From assembly GCF_009914755.1 (NCBI RefSeq), contig NC_060939.1: DNA of 64,000 bases; one strand, written 5' to 3'. This DNA comes from the human T2T-CHM13v2.0 reference genome, Homo sapiens. Below the pieces are notes generated by a model. That model was not told the DNA's origin. It ran no database searches and was given only the letters and a program-made list of their open reading frames with translations. This document shows positions 1 through 13,475 of this stretch, one piece after another; positions within the stretch are counted from its first letter, which is position 1, and the number at the start of each line of letters is the position of its first letter. The position numbers and the translations under genes are program-made.

Positions 1-229
1 GGCAAACTTTAATATGCTTTTCTCAGCATTTGACAGACATGATGGCAAAGGTGATGGTTCTTCTGGAAGTCTATGGCGAACCTTTTGGCAACCCGTCCCC
101 AGGGTGATGACAACCAAGCTGTAAGGTGTAATAACAGCAGTGTTTCCACTGAAGCTACCTAATATGTTTTAATAAAGCTCTTTTTTTAGCTTAAATTTTT
201 AAAGTGTCTGTCATTTGGAACTACTATCT

Positions 230-815
230 TTTTGAGAACGTATTATGGCAATATTTATGAAAATTTTAAATGTACATACTCTCTGACCCAGTAATGAAAA
301 CAGCAAAATACCATTCTTTATCCAGCAGATTGGTAAAAATTAGGAGTTCTAACCCCAGAAGTCTCATTTCTAGGAACTTATCTGACAGTATATAAAATAT
401 ATGTACTAATATATGCATTATAGCATTGCCTCAATAGCAAAAAACATATAGAAACATCTTGTATGTTTATCAATAGATGATAAATACTTATACATTCATA
501 TTATGAATTTCTGTGCAGCTATTAAAACAATTAAGATAGATCTGAATGTGTTGATTTGGAAAGCTGACCAGAATATCTAGTTAAGCAAGAAAAGCATATT
601 ACAGAACAATATACATAATTATTATCCCCTTTTGTTAAATATGTGTGTATGCGTCGTCTCAAAGTACAGAAAATGTATGGGAGGATTTAAGCTATGGTCA
701 TCATCATAGTAGTTAAAGAAGGGAAGGAAAGGAAGATGGTTCATTTTATTTTAAACACTTTTGTACTCTTTGAAATGTTTAAAAGAGCATTTTATAATTC
801 AAATAATTGAAAAAT
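230..815 (+). mobile_element. Old L1 (L1ME-like) 3' fragment
   Basis: Degenerate L1 3' motifs (catttctaggaacttatc, tgcagctattaaaa, gttaagcaagaaaagca); boundaries approximate. Confidence 0.55.
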
Positions 816-1429
816 ACTTTTTTAAAAAAACAATAGAGACTACTTAAATTTGGCCTGTAGCATCAGCAGGACATAAGATTTATAACTGTAATTACAGACC
901 ATGGAAATTTCATGGGGTTGTTACCACAATGAAAAGTCAAGCTTAAACAGTGAGGAAAGGATATTAATGCTGCTGTCAAAGTGAGCTTATTCACAGAATT
1001 CCTTAAAGTTATTATTCTATATATTAAAGACCACAGTTTTTGATTGATTGAAGCCAAAATTGCCTAGCATCTATGGTTACAAACATTTACATACTTGGGT
1101 CTAAGAACTCTGGTATGGTAAAACAGACATTTTCAGGGCTTCCTAGAAATAAAAACAAGTGGTAATATTTGCCAAAGAATTAGACTGAAATGACAGAAGC
1201 TGGGAGTCTATATATTCCTCAAGTTGAAACTCTGCCATTGAAAGAAACACCTATGTGCTTGTCATCTATTAACCGTTTGTCTCCCATGTTAGCCAAGGGT
1301 GATACTGGTATCCTAGGTATTCCCACATGAGTGAGAGAAGTGGGGACCACGAATTCCCTGTACTTACTATGTGACTGGGGAGGCCCACAGCTTCTACTTA
1401 TCTTTACAAAGAAGGGAGGTTCACGTAGC

Positions 1430-1865
1430 TTTGGAGCTGGGCATCTGGAGTTAGAAGACCTCTGTTCAAATCCTGGCCTACCACTTTTTGTATGACTTGG
1501 AATATAACTTAATCTTCTTGTTAAGTCTGTTTTCTCAATGGTGGTAATAGTACTTACATTTCATAGGACCATAAAGATAATTAAATGAGATAATGGGATT
1601 ATCCCAGTATATGGCACAGTATCCAGTGTTTCCTTTACGCTCAGTATAAGGTTTGTTCTCATATTTCTTGAAAATTTTGTGTTTTAACCAGTCTCACTGT
1701 AGACTTTGTTCCAGATAACACTGGAATTAGACAGAACTGGATTCTCCTGGCTCTGGGACTTACTGTGTGACCTCAGGCAAGTCATTTAACCTCTCTGAAC
1801 TTTATCTATAAAAGCAGCCCATAATATTTACTGCATAATGGCATCATGAGGAGCAAGTATAATGC
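1430..1865 (+). mobile_element. Two adjacent MIR fragments
   Basis: MIR core-like strings (gttcaaatcctgg; tgtgtgacctcaggcaagtcatttaacctctctga). Confidence 0.6.
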
Positions 1866-2679
1866 ATGGTATCACTCATGGTGGTGATGATGATACAGGT
1901 CTCTTACAGCTGCCATCAAGGACAGGCCTGCTTTGGTCATCTAGGTTAAGACAGACAGAGTTGAAGGATAGGTGGATAACACAACCAAATTATTTTCACT
2001 TCCTTTGCTCAGTTTCAACCTCTCTCCTCATATCCCTTTGCCCCTGTATTCTTTAGCCCTGTGGTTTCCGTTAGGAATGCAGTGGCAACCAAAGCATGCC
2101 AGACACTGGAAGCCTCTACTCATTCTGCTTCTAGGCCACCATTTCTAGCCTGGATCTTTTCTAACCTCATCCTCCTCTCCAGAAAGTTATCCTCAATCTC
2201 CTAGCTGTTTTAGGCCCTCAAGCACTCAGAATTAATGGTGGGAGTGGGACTGGGAGTGAGGGCAGGGAGAAATTAGGTAGGGGAGAAAACAATGGGCTGG
2301 GAGTATGTGGATAAGGTATAGGGAACTTCAACCCTGTAACGTGGCAAAGTGATCCCAGCCACAGAGGGGTGACAAGCAGCACCACCTCTTTTAAAGTACA
2401 CGACTTTCTGTCTGCATTGCAATGATGAGGATTACATTCCACTGCTTCCCAACTATGCCTAACTACCCAAAGCCCAGTAATAATTGTGCTGTAGGAAATG
2501 CTTGCCTCAAATCTTTAACAGAATAATCACAGATGCCTTTATTAAAGAACATCGACTTGGGAAATCAGACTGTTGGATCTTAGTGCTAAACCTGCAATGT
2601 TGTCACTGTGTGATCTTGGGCAAATCCCTTATACCTTTGGGGCCCCTATTATAGCAATTTTATTTAAAATTACACCTGC

Positions 2680-3390
2680 TACAGTTTTAACATATAACCA
2701 CTAATTCTTTGATACTCCTTCCTCTAGGAGGTAAAAGTTAATTCTCCTTCTCTTGAATGTAGGTTGGACTCAGCGACTTACTTTTAGGCACTAGAGTATG
2801 GAAAGGGAAATATAGTCAGCTTACAGTGGAGAAACCTGAAAAACATCATTGTAAGCAAGTAGTCAAGATTAGCATCACCTGTATAAATCATGTTGCTATC
2901 ATGTGCTCCCTGATAGATGAGACAAGAACACATCACTCTTTGTGATTCTTTCCCCAAATCCACAACCTCAGTCTATTTCTAAGAAAAAACATCAGAAAAC
3001 CCAAACTGAAAAACATTCTACAAAATACCTGGTGACCAGTCTTCAAAAGTGTCAAGGTCATGAAAGACAAGCAAAGACTATAGAACTGTCAGAGATGGGA
3101 GGAGACTAAGGAACATGACCACTAAATTCAATGTGGGATCCTGGATTGGATCCTAGAAGAGAAAAGGGTAATTAATGGAAAAACTGGAGAAATCTGAATC
3201 AAATCTGTGGCTCAGTTAATAGTATTATACCAATGCTAATTTCATAGTTTTAACAAATGCACCATGGTGAGGTAAGATGTTAATATTAACATCAGAGAAA
3301 AGCTAGGTGAGGGTATGCAGGAACTGTCTTTGCAGTATCTGCAACTCTTCCACAAATTTAAAATTATTCCGAAATTAAAAGTTTTTTAAA
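2680..3390 (+). mobile_element. L1MC-type 3' UTR fragment
   Basis: acagtggagaaacctg, caaaagtgtcaaggtcatgaaagacaa and gggatcctggattggatcct are typical of L1MC 3' ends. Confidence 0.75.
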
Positions 3391-3539
3391 GAAATTATTC
3401 CTGTTTGAACAAGATGTATTCATTATTTCCCAAGCAACAAAAGGTTATCCATTTTTTAATTATAAAATAATTCAAAGTAATACTCTAAATCAGTGAAGGG
3501 CTGCTGAGAAGGGTAATTTGCACCCTTCAGCTGAAAATG

Positions 3540-4010
3540 ATACAATCTATTTGGAAAGCCATTTGGCAATATGTGTCAAGTGCCTTAAACTTCCTTATGT
3601 CTTCTAGCCCAGAATTCCCACCTTTAAGGAGATAACCTTAGAAAATAACTAGAGGATCATGCTGAGAATTATGTACTACATGAAACTTTGCCATTGTATA
3701 ATTTGCCATAGTGAAATGTAGACGCAATCTAACAGCAACATGGTTGAATAAATTATGGCATATTCATACGGTGGAATACTACAGCCATTAAAAGGGATAT
3801 TTCAAAGAATATTTTATAAATAAGATAAATGCTTGTGACACAAAGTTAAGTGAAAAAATAAGACATAAAATTATATATATATAATCCGATTTCCATTTTT
3901 TTCATGCTAACCCTGATTTGTGATTACATGTGAATTTTAATTTTTCCCTGCATTTTTATGCTTTTCTTGAATTTCCTGCAATGTATTCCTTTTATAATAA
4001 GACTAAAAGG
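3540..4010 (+). mobile_element. L1ME-like 3' fragment
   Basis: ggttgaataaattatggcatattcatacggtggaatactacagccattaaaa. Confidence 0.6.
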
Positions 4011-4399
4011 ATTTTGTGTTTTTAGGGCAGAGGCTCCACAGGTACATACATGGCCTAAGTTTCTGCCTGGCTGCAGGAGGTGTGGCGACCGCAGCACATC
4101 CCACCTTCTGAGGCCATGCAGTACTTGACTCTCCCTGCACTGCCTTGCTTTTGAAGGCATCTAAAATCTCTCACTTTTCCCCATACCACATTTCACAGCT
4201 GGGTCATTCTGCTGGACTCAGCACAGGAGGACCCTCTCTCAGACTGGTTGGAAACTTTGGGCACATTTGAAAACTGTCAACACAATCTGTAAACACATCA
4301 GTTATAATGATTCTTTCCTAGGAACTTGACACACCCAGATGAACTCTCTTGTTATGACAGGATCAGTAGCAGGAGAATTTCCTCTCAACATCTCCCTCA

Positions 4400-4910
4400 T
4401 TTATTCAATACTCAAGAAATATCCATTGTGTGTCACACTAACAGGTGATGTGCTCAGCTCTGGGTATACAGCGATTAACAGACATTTCCACTGCCTTCGT
4501 GAAGGTTACACTCTAGGAGGTAGAAAGACATTAAACGAGAGAACACACCACTAAATTTGTACTTACAAGGGGAGATGACAACTATGAGATAAAATAATTG
4601 ATTTCTATTCCACTAGAGAAAATAAAGGGGCCTTAGTTTAAATGGATCCAGGGAGGCCCCTCTGAAGAAATGACATGTGAGGGAAACTGAGAGAAGAATG
4701 TTCCAGGCAGGAAAGAGCAAAGCCATAAGGCAAGCAAGAGACTGGTGAATTCCAGGAGCAGAACAAAAGCCAGTGTGGCTGGGGCGTGTGAGTAATGGGA
4801 TTGGAGGGATGGCTAGGACCACTATTGTCCTTGAGGAGATGGAAGGCAGAGAATAGATTTTGAAGAGACAAATGGCCATTAAGGTCTGAAGCAAATGGAT
4901 TTGGATTTCC
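4400..4910 (-). mobile_element. L2 fragment
   Basis: aatgttccaggcagg...agcaaag and ccagtgtggctgg L2 signature. Confidence 0.65.
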
Positions 4911-5423
4911 TCTTGCAAAACATCCTGAATGAGGGGCTAATGGTTACTTTGAGCCTAAGGTGTGAATCCTCTCTGAAAAAACATGGATATCATTCTATAT
5001 CATTCTTATAAAACTTGGATAATCAAGGGTTAGAAATTTCAAAAGTTTATTTTAAAAACTTCAAGCGACAAGAAGTCACTTGAAGCTTTTAAAATAAACT
5101 TTTGAAGTTCTGTAATTTTTTCGTGACTAAACAATGTTTTTAAAATGTGATAGTTTCTGTGGGCTCTCAACTTGTGAGAAAGTAGAAATGTGATTTCAAC
5201 ATTCAACTGGAATAAGAACTGTATGTTTTATGAGAAAAACAGCTTCTAAACATAAAGTTAATATAAAAACATGGCACTGGCACTATTGTAATAGCACATA
5301 AAACAAATTATGGGCAAGCAAAAAAAAAGAGAAAAAGATGCATGGGCATAACAGCAGGCTTTTTCTAAAATTATAAAGATTAAGTTAACCAAAAATTGTA
5401 GGGTTAATTGTGAACACCAGTTT

Positions 5424-5472
5424 CACACACACACATGCATGCATGTACACATGCACACACACATACACACAA
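5424..5472. repeat. Imperfect (CA)n microsatellite
   Basis: cacacacacacatgcatgcatgtacacatgcacacacacatacacac. Confidence 0.85.
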
Positions 5473-5899
5473 ACATTTAATGCTTGTTACATGTCACACC
5501 TACAATGACTCTTCCAGGTAATTTATTACCCTTACTTATAAACAGATCATGTTAACAGGACAGTATGAAGAATGTTTTCTATTTGCTGCTTCTTCAGATA
5601 GTGGCCTTTTATTTCAGTTACTACCTTTCAAATAATCTCTTGGAGTACCGAGGAACAGGTCTGAGCCAGAGGTGAATCAGCTGTTACCACTAAAAAGATG
5701 TCCCTGTACACCCCACCACTGTCTTCTCTATGGAAGGAGAATCCAGAGAATTGGAAATGTACCCTCATGACAGAGAAGATCACCTAATTATTAACAGTTT
5801 GCTCAGTAATCAAAAGACAACAAAATAAAACAGAGGTCACATAGCTTGCTGTACCTACTCGGAGCTACAGATAGTAATAGAGGAAAAGTTTTTCTAACT

Positions 5900-6020
5900 A
5901 TGTGCGGTGATGCATGCCTATAATCTCAGCCACCTGGAGGCCAAGGTGAGCAATTACTTAAGCCCAGGAGCTCTAGACAAGCTTGGGCAACATAGCAAGG
6001 CCTCCTCTCAAGAAATAAAA
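5900..6020 (+). mobile_element. Alu monomer (FLAM-like)
   Basis: Left-arm-like sequence ending in a short A tail; TSD AAAAGTTTTT at 5884-5893 and 6017-6026. Confidence 0.8.
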
Positions 6021-6620
6021 GTTTTTGTGAACTCTAACTCAGTATCTAATGGCATTGACCACATTCACAGTAAAAAGGAAATAGAGACACAACTCAAGAT
6101 GGAAGAAGGTCAATGGAACCTCAAAAAATCATCCCCACCAGAAGAGCTCCTCTGAGTGTGAGATTCGGATATGCCACAGATATAGCATTGAACCTCTTGA
6201 ATAACTCCATAGAAATGTATTGCCAAGCAAACTTTAGATCTCACTTTAAAACCTGGCAGTTATTAAGTCTTAAAGAAATCATGGGAAAGTTTCTCCTTCT
6301 GTTATTGGAATTTTTTTTTTCTTCAAATACAAGAAGGAAATAATAGTATAATCATTTCTCTTTACATACAATGCACAACCCAAAGAAGTGATACATTGTG
6401 AGGTTTCTACTAACATGGATGTTACAGACGCCTAATGCTAATTCTCCCCAGTAATTTATGTTAAAGCTTCCTGCTTTCATCTCAAAATGTGTACTTAAAA
6501 GGACAGCCCCAGTATTCCTTTAGGATTATTTCCCCCCAACAAGTAGACAAAATCAATCAACAATGAAATAGTAAAAGTTGTAAACCCATCAAGTTAAGGT
6601 GCTTACACCGACAGCGTTAC

Positions 6621-6866
6621 CTGCACACTGACCACAATGACCAAAGATGTGGCCATGGTAACTGCAAAGGACTGGTAGTCAGCAATATGTTGCCCATCTT
6701 CTCCAGCCACGTTGTAAAAGGCCCCATAGGGGATGAAGAAAAGGACTAATGAGGTGTAGATTCCATGCAACACGCAAATGAAAAATTTACGCTTGTTAAA
6801 AAGCAGATTCAGCTGTCCTGGTTTGTAGAGCTGGGGACAGTCCACGCTGTTCTGGTCACTCACATC
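6621..6866 (-). CDS. ATP8B4: Coding exon J (246 nt, phase 0-0): DVSDQNSVDCPQLYKPGQ...TSLVIVVSVQ (TM7-TM8 region)
   Basis: Acceptor ttacag|GAT; donor CAG|gtaacg; PQLY motif and hydrophobic segments; overlaps ORF 6603-6863. Confidence 0.96.
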
Positions 6867-8479
6867 CTGTAAACAGAGTGTAATTTCAGTGGAGAAGGAT
6901 TAAAAAGAGTCAGAGAGGCCTTGTATTCCCTATCTTCAGAAATAGCAAATGCCTGTTTAAACATGTCCTAAAATGCACTACTCACTGGGCCAGAACAGGA
7001 CATTATCTTGTTTGTATTCCCACAATAAACCAGAAGATAATAAAATGATCTCTACTTTACAGAGAAGGAGCTTGAGTCTCCAAGAGAGATTCATGAGAGG
7101 TCACACAGCTCGTAAGTAGCAGAACCAGGGCTTGGTTTGAGCCTAGCTATTTGGCTTCAAATTGAAGTTTCTTTCCTACACTCTCCTGCAGGCTGTCAGA
7201 AGCATTCGTGCTCCCAGAATTCCAGCACATCATGTGCAGCCAATGGGCCCCAGAAGTTAATTGTCAAGGTAGTGAGTGGTAGTGACCAGGAGATGACAGC
7301 AGAGAGCTGTGGAGTCAGAATTGTCAAATCAGAGCTCATGACTTTGGAGGGAAGTGAGCAGGAAGAAGAGAGCAGGGAAAAGGGGAAACTGCATTTGGGA
7401 TTCCAGGTGAGAAGGAGGCTGGGATGAGGATCCTACCCAGTGAGAATTTTAACAGCAGTTACCAGGTGTTCAGGACAAAGAAAGAATATAGACAGAATGA
7501 GAAGGTGGCACATTTGACACCAACCAGGTCCCAAGAGAAACTAAATGCTTCTCAAACCTAATGTGCACACAAATCGCCTGGGAAACAGATTGTGATTCAA
7601 TAGGGCTGAGGGCCCAAGACTGCATTTCCAGCCAGCTCCAAAGTAATGCTGATAACCACAGTGAGCACCAAAGCCAAATGCCAAAAACCAAAAAGGATGG
7701 CAAGAATCAACCACAGGGGACATCAGAGGACCACAGGTGGAGGAGAAGAGGCGAAAGTGGAAGCAACACAGGTGGTGAACTATTGTGGGAGAGGAACATT
7801 CCCCTTCCTGCTTGTGGGATGGCCCAGGTCTCTCCAAACAGAGTCCCATGGAAAAACACAGGCATATTCTCTTTAGAGAGTCCTGTTTTTAGATGCTTTT
7901 GGATGCTTGTTCCCCTAGTTCAGTGACTGAGGGTTATGTGCGCAGGCTTTGAAACAAGACAGTCATGAGCTCAATCCCTGGTAACGGGTTTAGCTGGTGT
8001 GTTATCTTAAACCTGTTACTTAATCCGCCTGAGCCTTGGTTTCCTCATGCCCAGAAATGCAAACAATAACACCTCCCACATGGAACTATCGCCATGATTA
8101 AACCAGTATGTAAAGTATTTAGTAGAGTTCTTGCCACATCGTAAGTAATAAATATGCCAGATGCTTCTATAAATAACAATTAATAAAATAATGATAATAA
8201 CAACAATAGCAATAATGTAGCAACCTCAAAGTTAAGAGGCCTGGTTCTAGTCTTAGCCGTGTCACTTATTGGCTGTGTGGCTTTAGGGAAATGACTCTCC
8301 AAGGCTTGGTTTCTGCCTTAAAAAATGAGCAGATCTGTTGATGATTGCTGAGGCCTGTCCAGCATAGCATTCCACGATCCTGTGATCAGTTTAAGGGCCA
8401 AGGTTGACAAAGCAGGAAAGGAGAGAGGAGCAGACACTCAACTTGATGGTAATAGGAAGCCTTATTATATTTTTTTTGA

Positions 8480-9340
8480 ATTGCACAATAACCATCTTTT
8501 CCCAGAAACTGCTTTATTTTTATTATTTTATTCCACATTCTGGGCAGCTACAAAGCTCCAAGAAAAGAAACACTTGTAAACATGGGCGCTGAGAAATGAA
8601 TGTGCTTAATCCTTTACATCTAAGGTCTTCAGAAGTTCATTACTTTTTTGTATAATTCCAGAAAATATGCCTTTCGCAAACTGCCCTTTTTACATATCAG
8701 AAGGGAGACTTAACAACTGACTACAAAGCCAGCCAAATGGGAGACTGGAGTGAGCTCATAATGTGAAGATTTATATTTTGTAATAGACGGCTTTGGCCCA
8801 GAAAATGAGGCCTAGCAAATAGGTCTAACAACAGCCTGGAGAAAATGTGGTCTCCTTAAAAATACTTTTTTAAAAAACAAAAAGTCTTTTTAAAAATAAG
8901 ACACTCTAATTGTGCCACGGAAATTCCACTGGCTAGTCTTTCACTTCCCCACAGGCAGCCAGACTTTTTCCCCTTTCCAGGAAGTCCCTTCCAAGGCTCT
9001 GAGTATGCCAAGGATCTACCATTTTTGTGATTGATCCTCTCCTTTCTCCCCACTCAAGCACATTGATGCTGGGACAAAAGAAATCCATGCTCTTTCTTTC
9101 CTTGGCCATGGAGCTTCTCATCCTCCTCTCCCACTGGCAGACTGCTCTACTGGTCTGTGGCTCCTGTTCTGGGCTGTGTGTAACAAGGAAGTCTCACTGC
9201 AGATGTTCGCAACAAGGGAGTCTCACTGCAGGTGTTAGCCCCCTGTGTTCCAACCTAGCCCCATGATTTTCTATCATTGCATGGTTCTTTATAAGCTCTC
9301 AGAGGCTAAGGCAGCATTTCCCCGTGTGTGAACCACAGAC
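8480..9340. promoter_or_regulatory. Candidate intronic myeloid enhancer (motif cluster)
   Basis: C/EBP, STAT/GAS, RUNX, NF-kB-like, ETS-IRF composite and ETS motifs within about 860 bp of mostly non-repeat sequence; motif evidence only. Confidence 0.4.
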
Positions 9341-9500
9341 ACTAGTTCTGAGACATATTAATTAATAGGTGCTATATGAAAACATATACAGTCATAGAAG
9401 TTTGGGAAATGCTGGGTTAAAATGAAGTTAAAGAGATTACTTCGTACAGGACTTCTAGAGCCTTTAGAGCAATCTATGGGGTGTGAACCTCTAAGAGAAG
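9311..9500. mobile_element. hAT-Charlie-type MER fragment
   Basis: Terminal inverted repeat (TIR)-like cagcatttccc...gggaaatgctg; subfamily not resolved. Confidence 0.5.
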
Positions 9501-9718
9501 AGTAACCAACTTTTATCAAATAATGCTTTTGGGGAAGCTAGGGTATAGGGGTAAGGGAGGCACAGTGGACCTGGAAGCATGTGTGATCCATGCAAAAGCA
9601 ACTAAAACAACTGCATTCCTAGGGCTGCTACTTAGAATTGTGTTTTCTACTTAGAACCCACAAAAAACTAAAAGGCATAAAAGAGAAACTAAGTTATAAA
9701 GATGGAAAAAAAACATAC

Positions 9719-9802
9719 CTGGTCAAAAATCCCCATGGCTAAAACAGGCAGTGATGTGTAAACAATGTTAAAAAGGGTGATGAACCACTGGTCATAAACA
9801 GT
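9719..9802 (-). CDS. ATP8B4: Coding exon I (84 nt, phase 0-0): [28 protein letters not shown] (TM6)
   Basis: Not in the ORF track. Acceptor ttttcag|ACT; donor CAG|gtatgt; [10 protein letters not shown]6 motif. Confidence 0.96.
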
Positions 9803-10499
9803 CTGAAAAGAAATATAACATATAAGTGAGAAACATCATCCATAGTAGTGAGAATATTCACATTTAGGTTAAATAACCAGGTTTTCTGAGGTGGGTGGGA
9901 GTTGACTTTTGGAATCAGACAAATATGAATTCTTTCCTAGACCTGCCTCTTATCAGCTCTGGTGCCTTAATGGGATACTAGATCTCTCTAAACGGCAGTT
10001 TCTTTATCTCTAAAGTGATGTATACCCTTCCTGCAGTGTGGCAGTGAGGACAAAATAATACATGCAGCAGTACCCCTAACATAGTGCGGGACACGTATGA
10101 GCCCCTGACCTTGTGGTGGGTTGCCATTTTATTCTCCAGGTTTTCAGTGGCTTATAATGAGTCCAATTATCTGATCCAAGTGGTAAACAAAGGATTCACT
10201 AAAATCTTCAGAGATAAATATAGTAATAAGCCTGTTATTTCTATCCTGTGTTAAAATGGAGAGGTTTTTGCGGGGGAGTGGTTTAAAGCAAGATGGGCAT
10301 AAATAGCAAAACAACAAAAATATCCCCTCACACCTTTGTAGACTAATTACACAAGAATTCCCTGCATGGGCCTCACTAAAAGTCAATGAGGCATGTGAAG
10401 CAGGCATATATCCCCATTTTGCCTATGAGTACACACAGTTGTGGAAACAGAACCTTTCGGTTACAGAGCTTATTATGGGCAAAAGCAAAAATTAAAATC

Positions 10500-10990
10500 A
10501 ACTTAATTAGTTAGAAGGTAGTAAGTGCTAGAGAGGAAAGGGGATAGGGAATGTGGGAGGGCTGTAATTGTAATACAGCAGATTGAAGAAAGTCTCACTG
10601 AGAAGTGAATTTGAGATAAGACCTGAAGGAAATGGATCTAACATGCAGCTTTCTGAAACAGCTGGAAATGCTGGGACGTGCAGCATTCTATACTGCAAGT
10701 AGGCCCCATGAAACAACCCTAAGGCAAGAAAGCATCCACTATGCTCAGAGAACAGCAAGGTGGCCCAGTTGGGTAGAGCAGAGTGACCTGTAGGAAGAAT
10801 AATGGATGTCAGGAGGTAAGAAGAACAATCCTATGTAACTAAACATGGCTTATTACCTAAGTGAAAGTAGAAGACATTAGAGGACTTTAAGCAAAGGAGC
10901 AACCTGGTCTTATTTATATTTTAACAGGATTACTCTGGATGCTATGCTGAGAAGAAACTGAAGACAATGGTGGAAGTGGGAAAGCTTATG
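10500..10990 (-). mobile_element. L2 fragment
   Basis: ttttaacaggattactctggatgctatgctgagaa and gaggactttaagca L2 motifs. Confidence 0.65.
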
Positions 10991-11121
10991 ACTCAGAATA
11001 ACTATTTCTAATAACAAATTTTAAGTTCTCTTCATGGTAACTCTCCTTTGTTACTCTCTGATTCCTATTTTCATTATGTGGTCTAAACCCAGCTGTAAGG
11101 ATTTAGAAAGGGGGACTATAT

Positions 11122-11829
<708 letters not shown>

Positions 11830-11876
11830 CTAGGTCCATGCTGGGAGCAAAGTGATACAAGACAGCTGCAGCCACG

Positions 11877-11966
11877 TGAAGGATAATGCACTCAATGTGG
11901 CATGAGAGAACCTGCAGCAGCTACCTGAAGGATAATGCACTCAATGTGGCATGAGAGAACCTGCAG
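11877..11966. repeat. Tandem duplication, period 49, with a 41-bp perfect core
   Basis: tgaaggataatgcactcaatgtggcatgagagaacctgcag at 11877-11917 and 11926-11966. Confidence 0.95.
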
Positions 11967-12709
11967 AAGGGCAGGGCAGTAGTCCACTAGTCAGGCAACC
12001 ATGAGAACAGACTGGAAAAGCTGGCTGGCACTCCCTGGAACCCCCCTGGGTATTTAGCAGAGGTATCTGAAAGAAGCCTGAATTTATCACACAGGATAGG
12101 GGGCACGTGCCATAATAATTGATTCATACCAAACCTCCTGCTGAAGATAACGAAAAAAGTTGAGAAAAAAACAAATGCATCTTCATCAAAGTACCAATGA
12201 ACTAACAAGACAGTGGGGAATGACTTGTCAAGATCAAGAAGAGAATTAGAACTTAATAACTATCTCAAGGCCTAGGATAATGCGATCCTTCTCCAGACTC
12301 TATGTTTATTTCCTTCTATCAGCTGTCGAGGACAGAACGAAGGCCTGATATTTTCTGGGCTAGCCAACTGTCCTGCTATGGCAGAGTCTGTGACCTCACT
12401 GCTGGGAGGCTGCCTTTGGGTCCCAGCCCAGAGTAGGAAGGGTTTCATCATGATCTCTACCCTCGATAGGCACTGAACCTTCTCCCTTCAGCCCAGGAAA
12501 CTACTGAAGGCACAGCTCAATCTGTCAGTTGCCTCCTGTAGATTATCAACATTCCCAAGGTACATGGTTCAGAGCAGTGCGACCCCACAGGGTCCCAGCC
12601 CAGAGCAGCAGTTGTGACAGGGTCCCAGTATCCAACTCCTATCTACCCTCAAGAGTCCACCAAAACTGCAGCTAAGCCTCTTTATCTTCCTTCTGATGAG
12701 TGAATGTGT

Positions 12710-13290
12710 CCAACTCTACTTCTAGATACATATGTTCACAAATGTCTATCTTCGTGCAGTGGGATACATATAAAAATACTCATAGCAGCATTGGTCATAA
12801 TAGTCCCCAAACAAAAACAACCAAAACATCCTTCAAGTGTGGGATAAAGACATTATCATGTATCGATATAACAGAATACTATAGAATAATGAAAAGCAAA
12901 GAATTATAACTATATCCCAAAACAAATGAATAAAAACTACATATAATATTGAGCAAAAGAAGCCAGATGCAAAGGCATAATTGCATTTAAATACAGTGCA
13001 AAAGTATGAAAATCTATTCCTATGTTGTTTCGGAACTCCTAATCATATGGTAAAGTTATAAAACAGAAGAAATGTGACTATAAGATGGCAGGGTAATGGT
13101 CACCTCTAGAGGATTGGAAAGAGGTCTCGAGGAAAAGCAGGAGAGCTGTTGGGTGTTTGGAAATGTTATATTTCTTGCACTGGATCATGGTACATGGGTG
13201 TTCATTTCACAACAATTTAAGCTGATATTTATATACTTTTTAATATATTTGTTAAACTTTACCAATGATAAAAAATTTAAAAATTAAACA
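12710..13290 (+). mobile_element. L1M (MD/ME-like) 3' fragment
   Basis: catagcagcattggtcataatagtccccaaac...atattgagcaaaagaagccaga. Confidence 0.65.
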
Positions 13291-13334
13291 CGTGACCTTC
13301 TTTTATAGTTATAGCCCAGTGAGATTTCAGAGAG

Positions 13335-13475
13335 TAGGAAGATTCCAAAAATCCTGATGCCCAGGCCACACCCCAGGCCAATTAAATCAGTATCTCTGGG
13401 AGAAGGATCTAAGTTTTGGTCATTTTAAATTTTTCCCAGGTAGTTCCAATGTGAAGCCAAGATTGGGAATTACAC
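13335..13475. mobile_element. MER5-family DNA transposon fragment
   Basis: gatgcccaggccacaccccaggccaattaaatcagtatctctggg. Confidence 0.7.

Noticed and set aside
104-152. GTGATGA...CTGA resembling snoRNA C/D boxes
   Set aside because: Only 49 nt, no convincing terminal stem, and antisense to the host transcript.
6601-6620. Alternative donor GT|GTAAGC 14 nt past exon J
   Set aside because: Would frameshift and has poor exonic bases; the CAG|GTAACG donor keeps the conserved frame.
7137-7926. Cluster of 76-121 aa ORFs; likewise 23193-23573 and 57449-57844
   Set aside because: No recognisable domains or exon structure, several with non-ATG starts; lengths compatible with chance.
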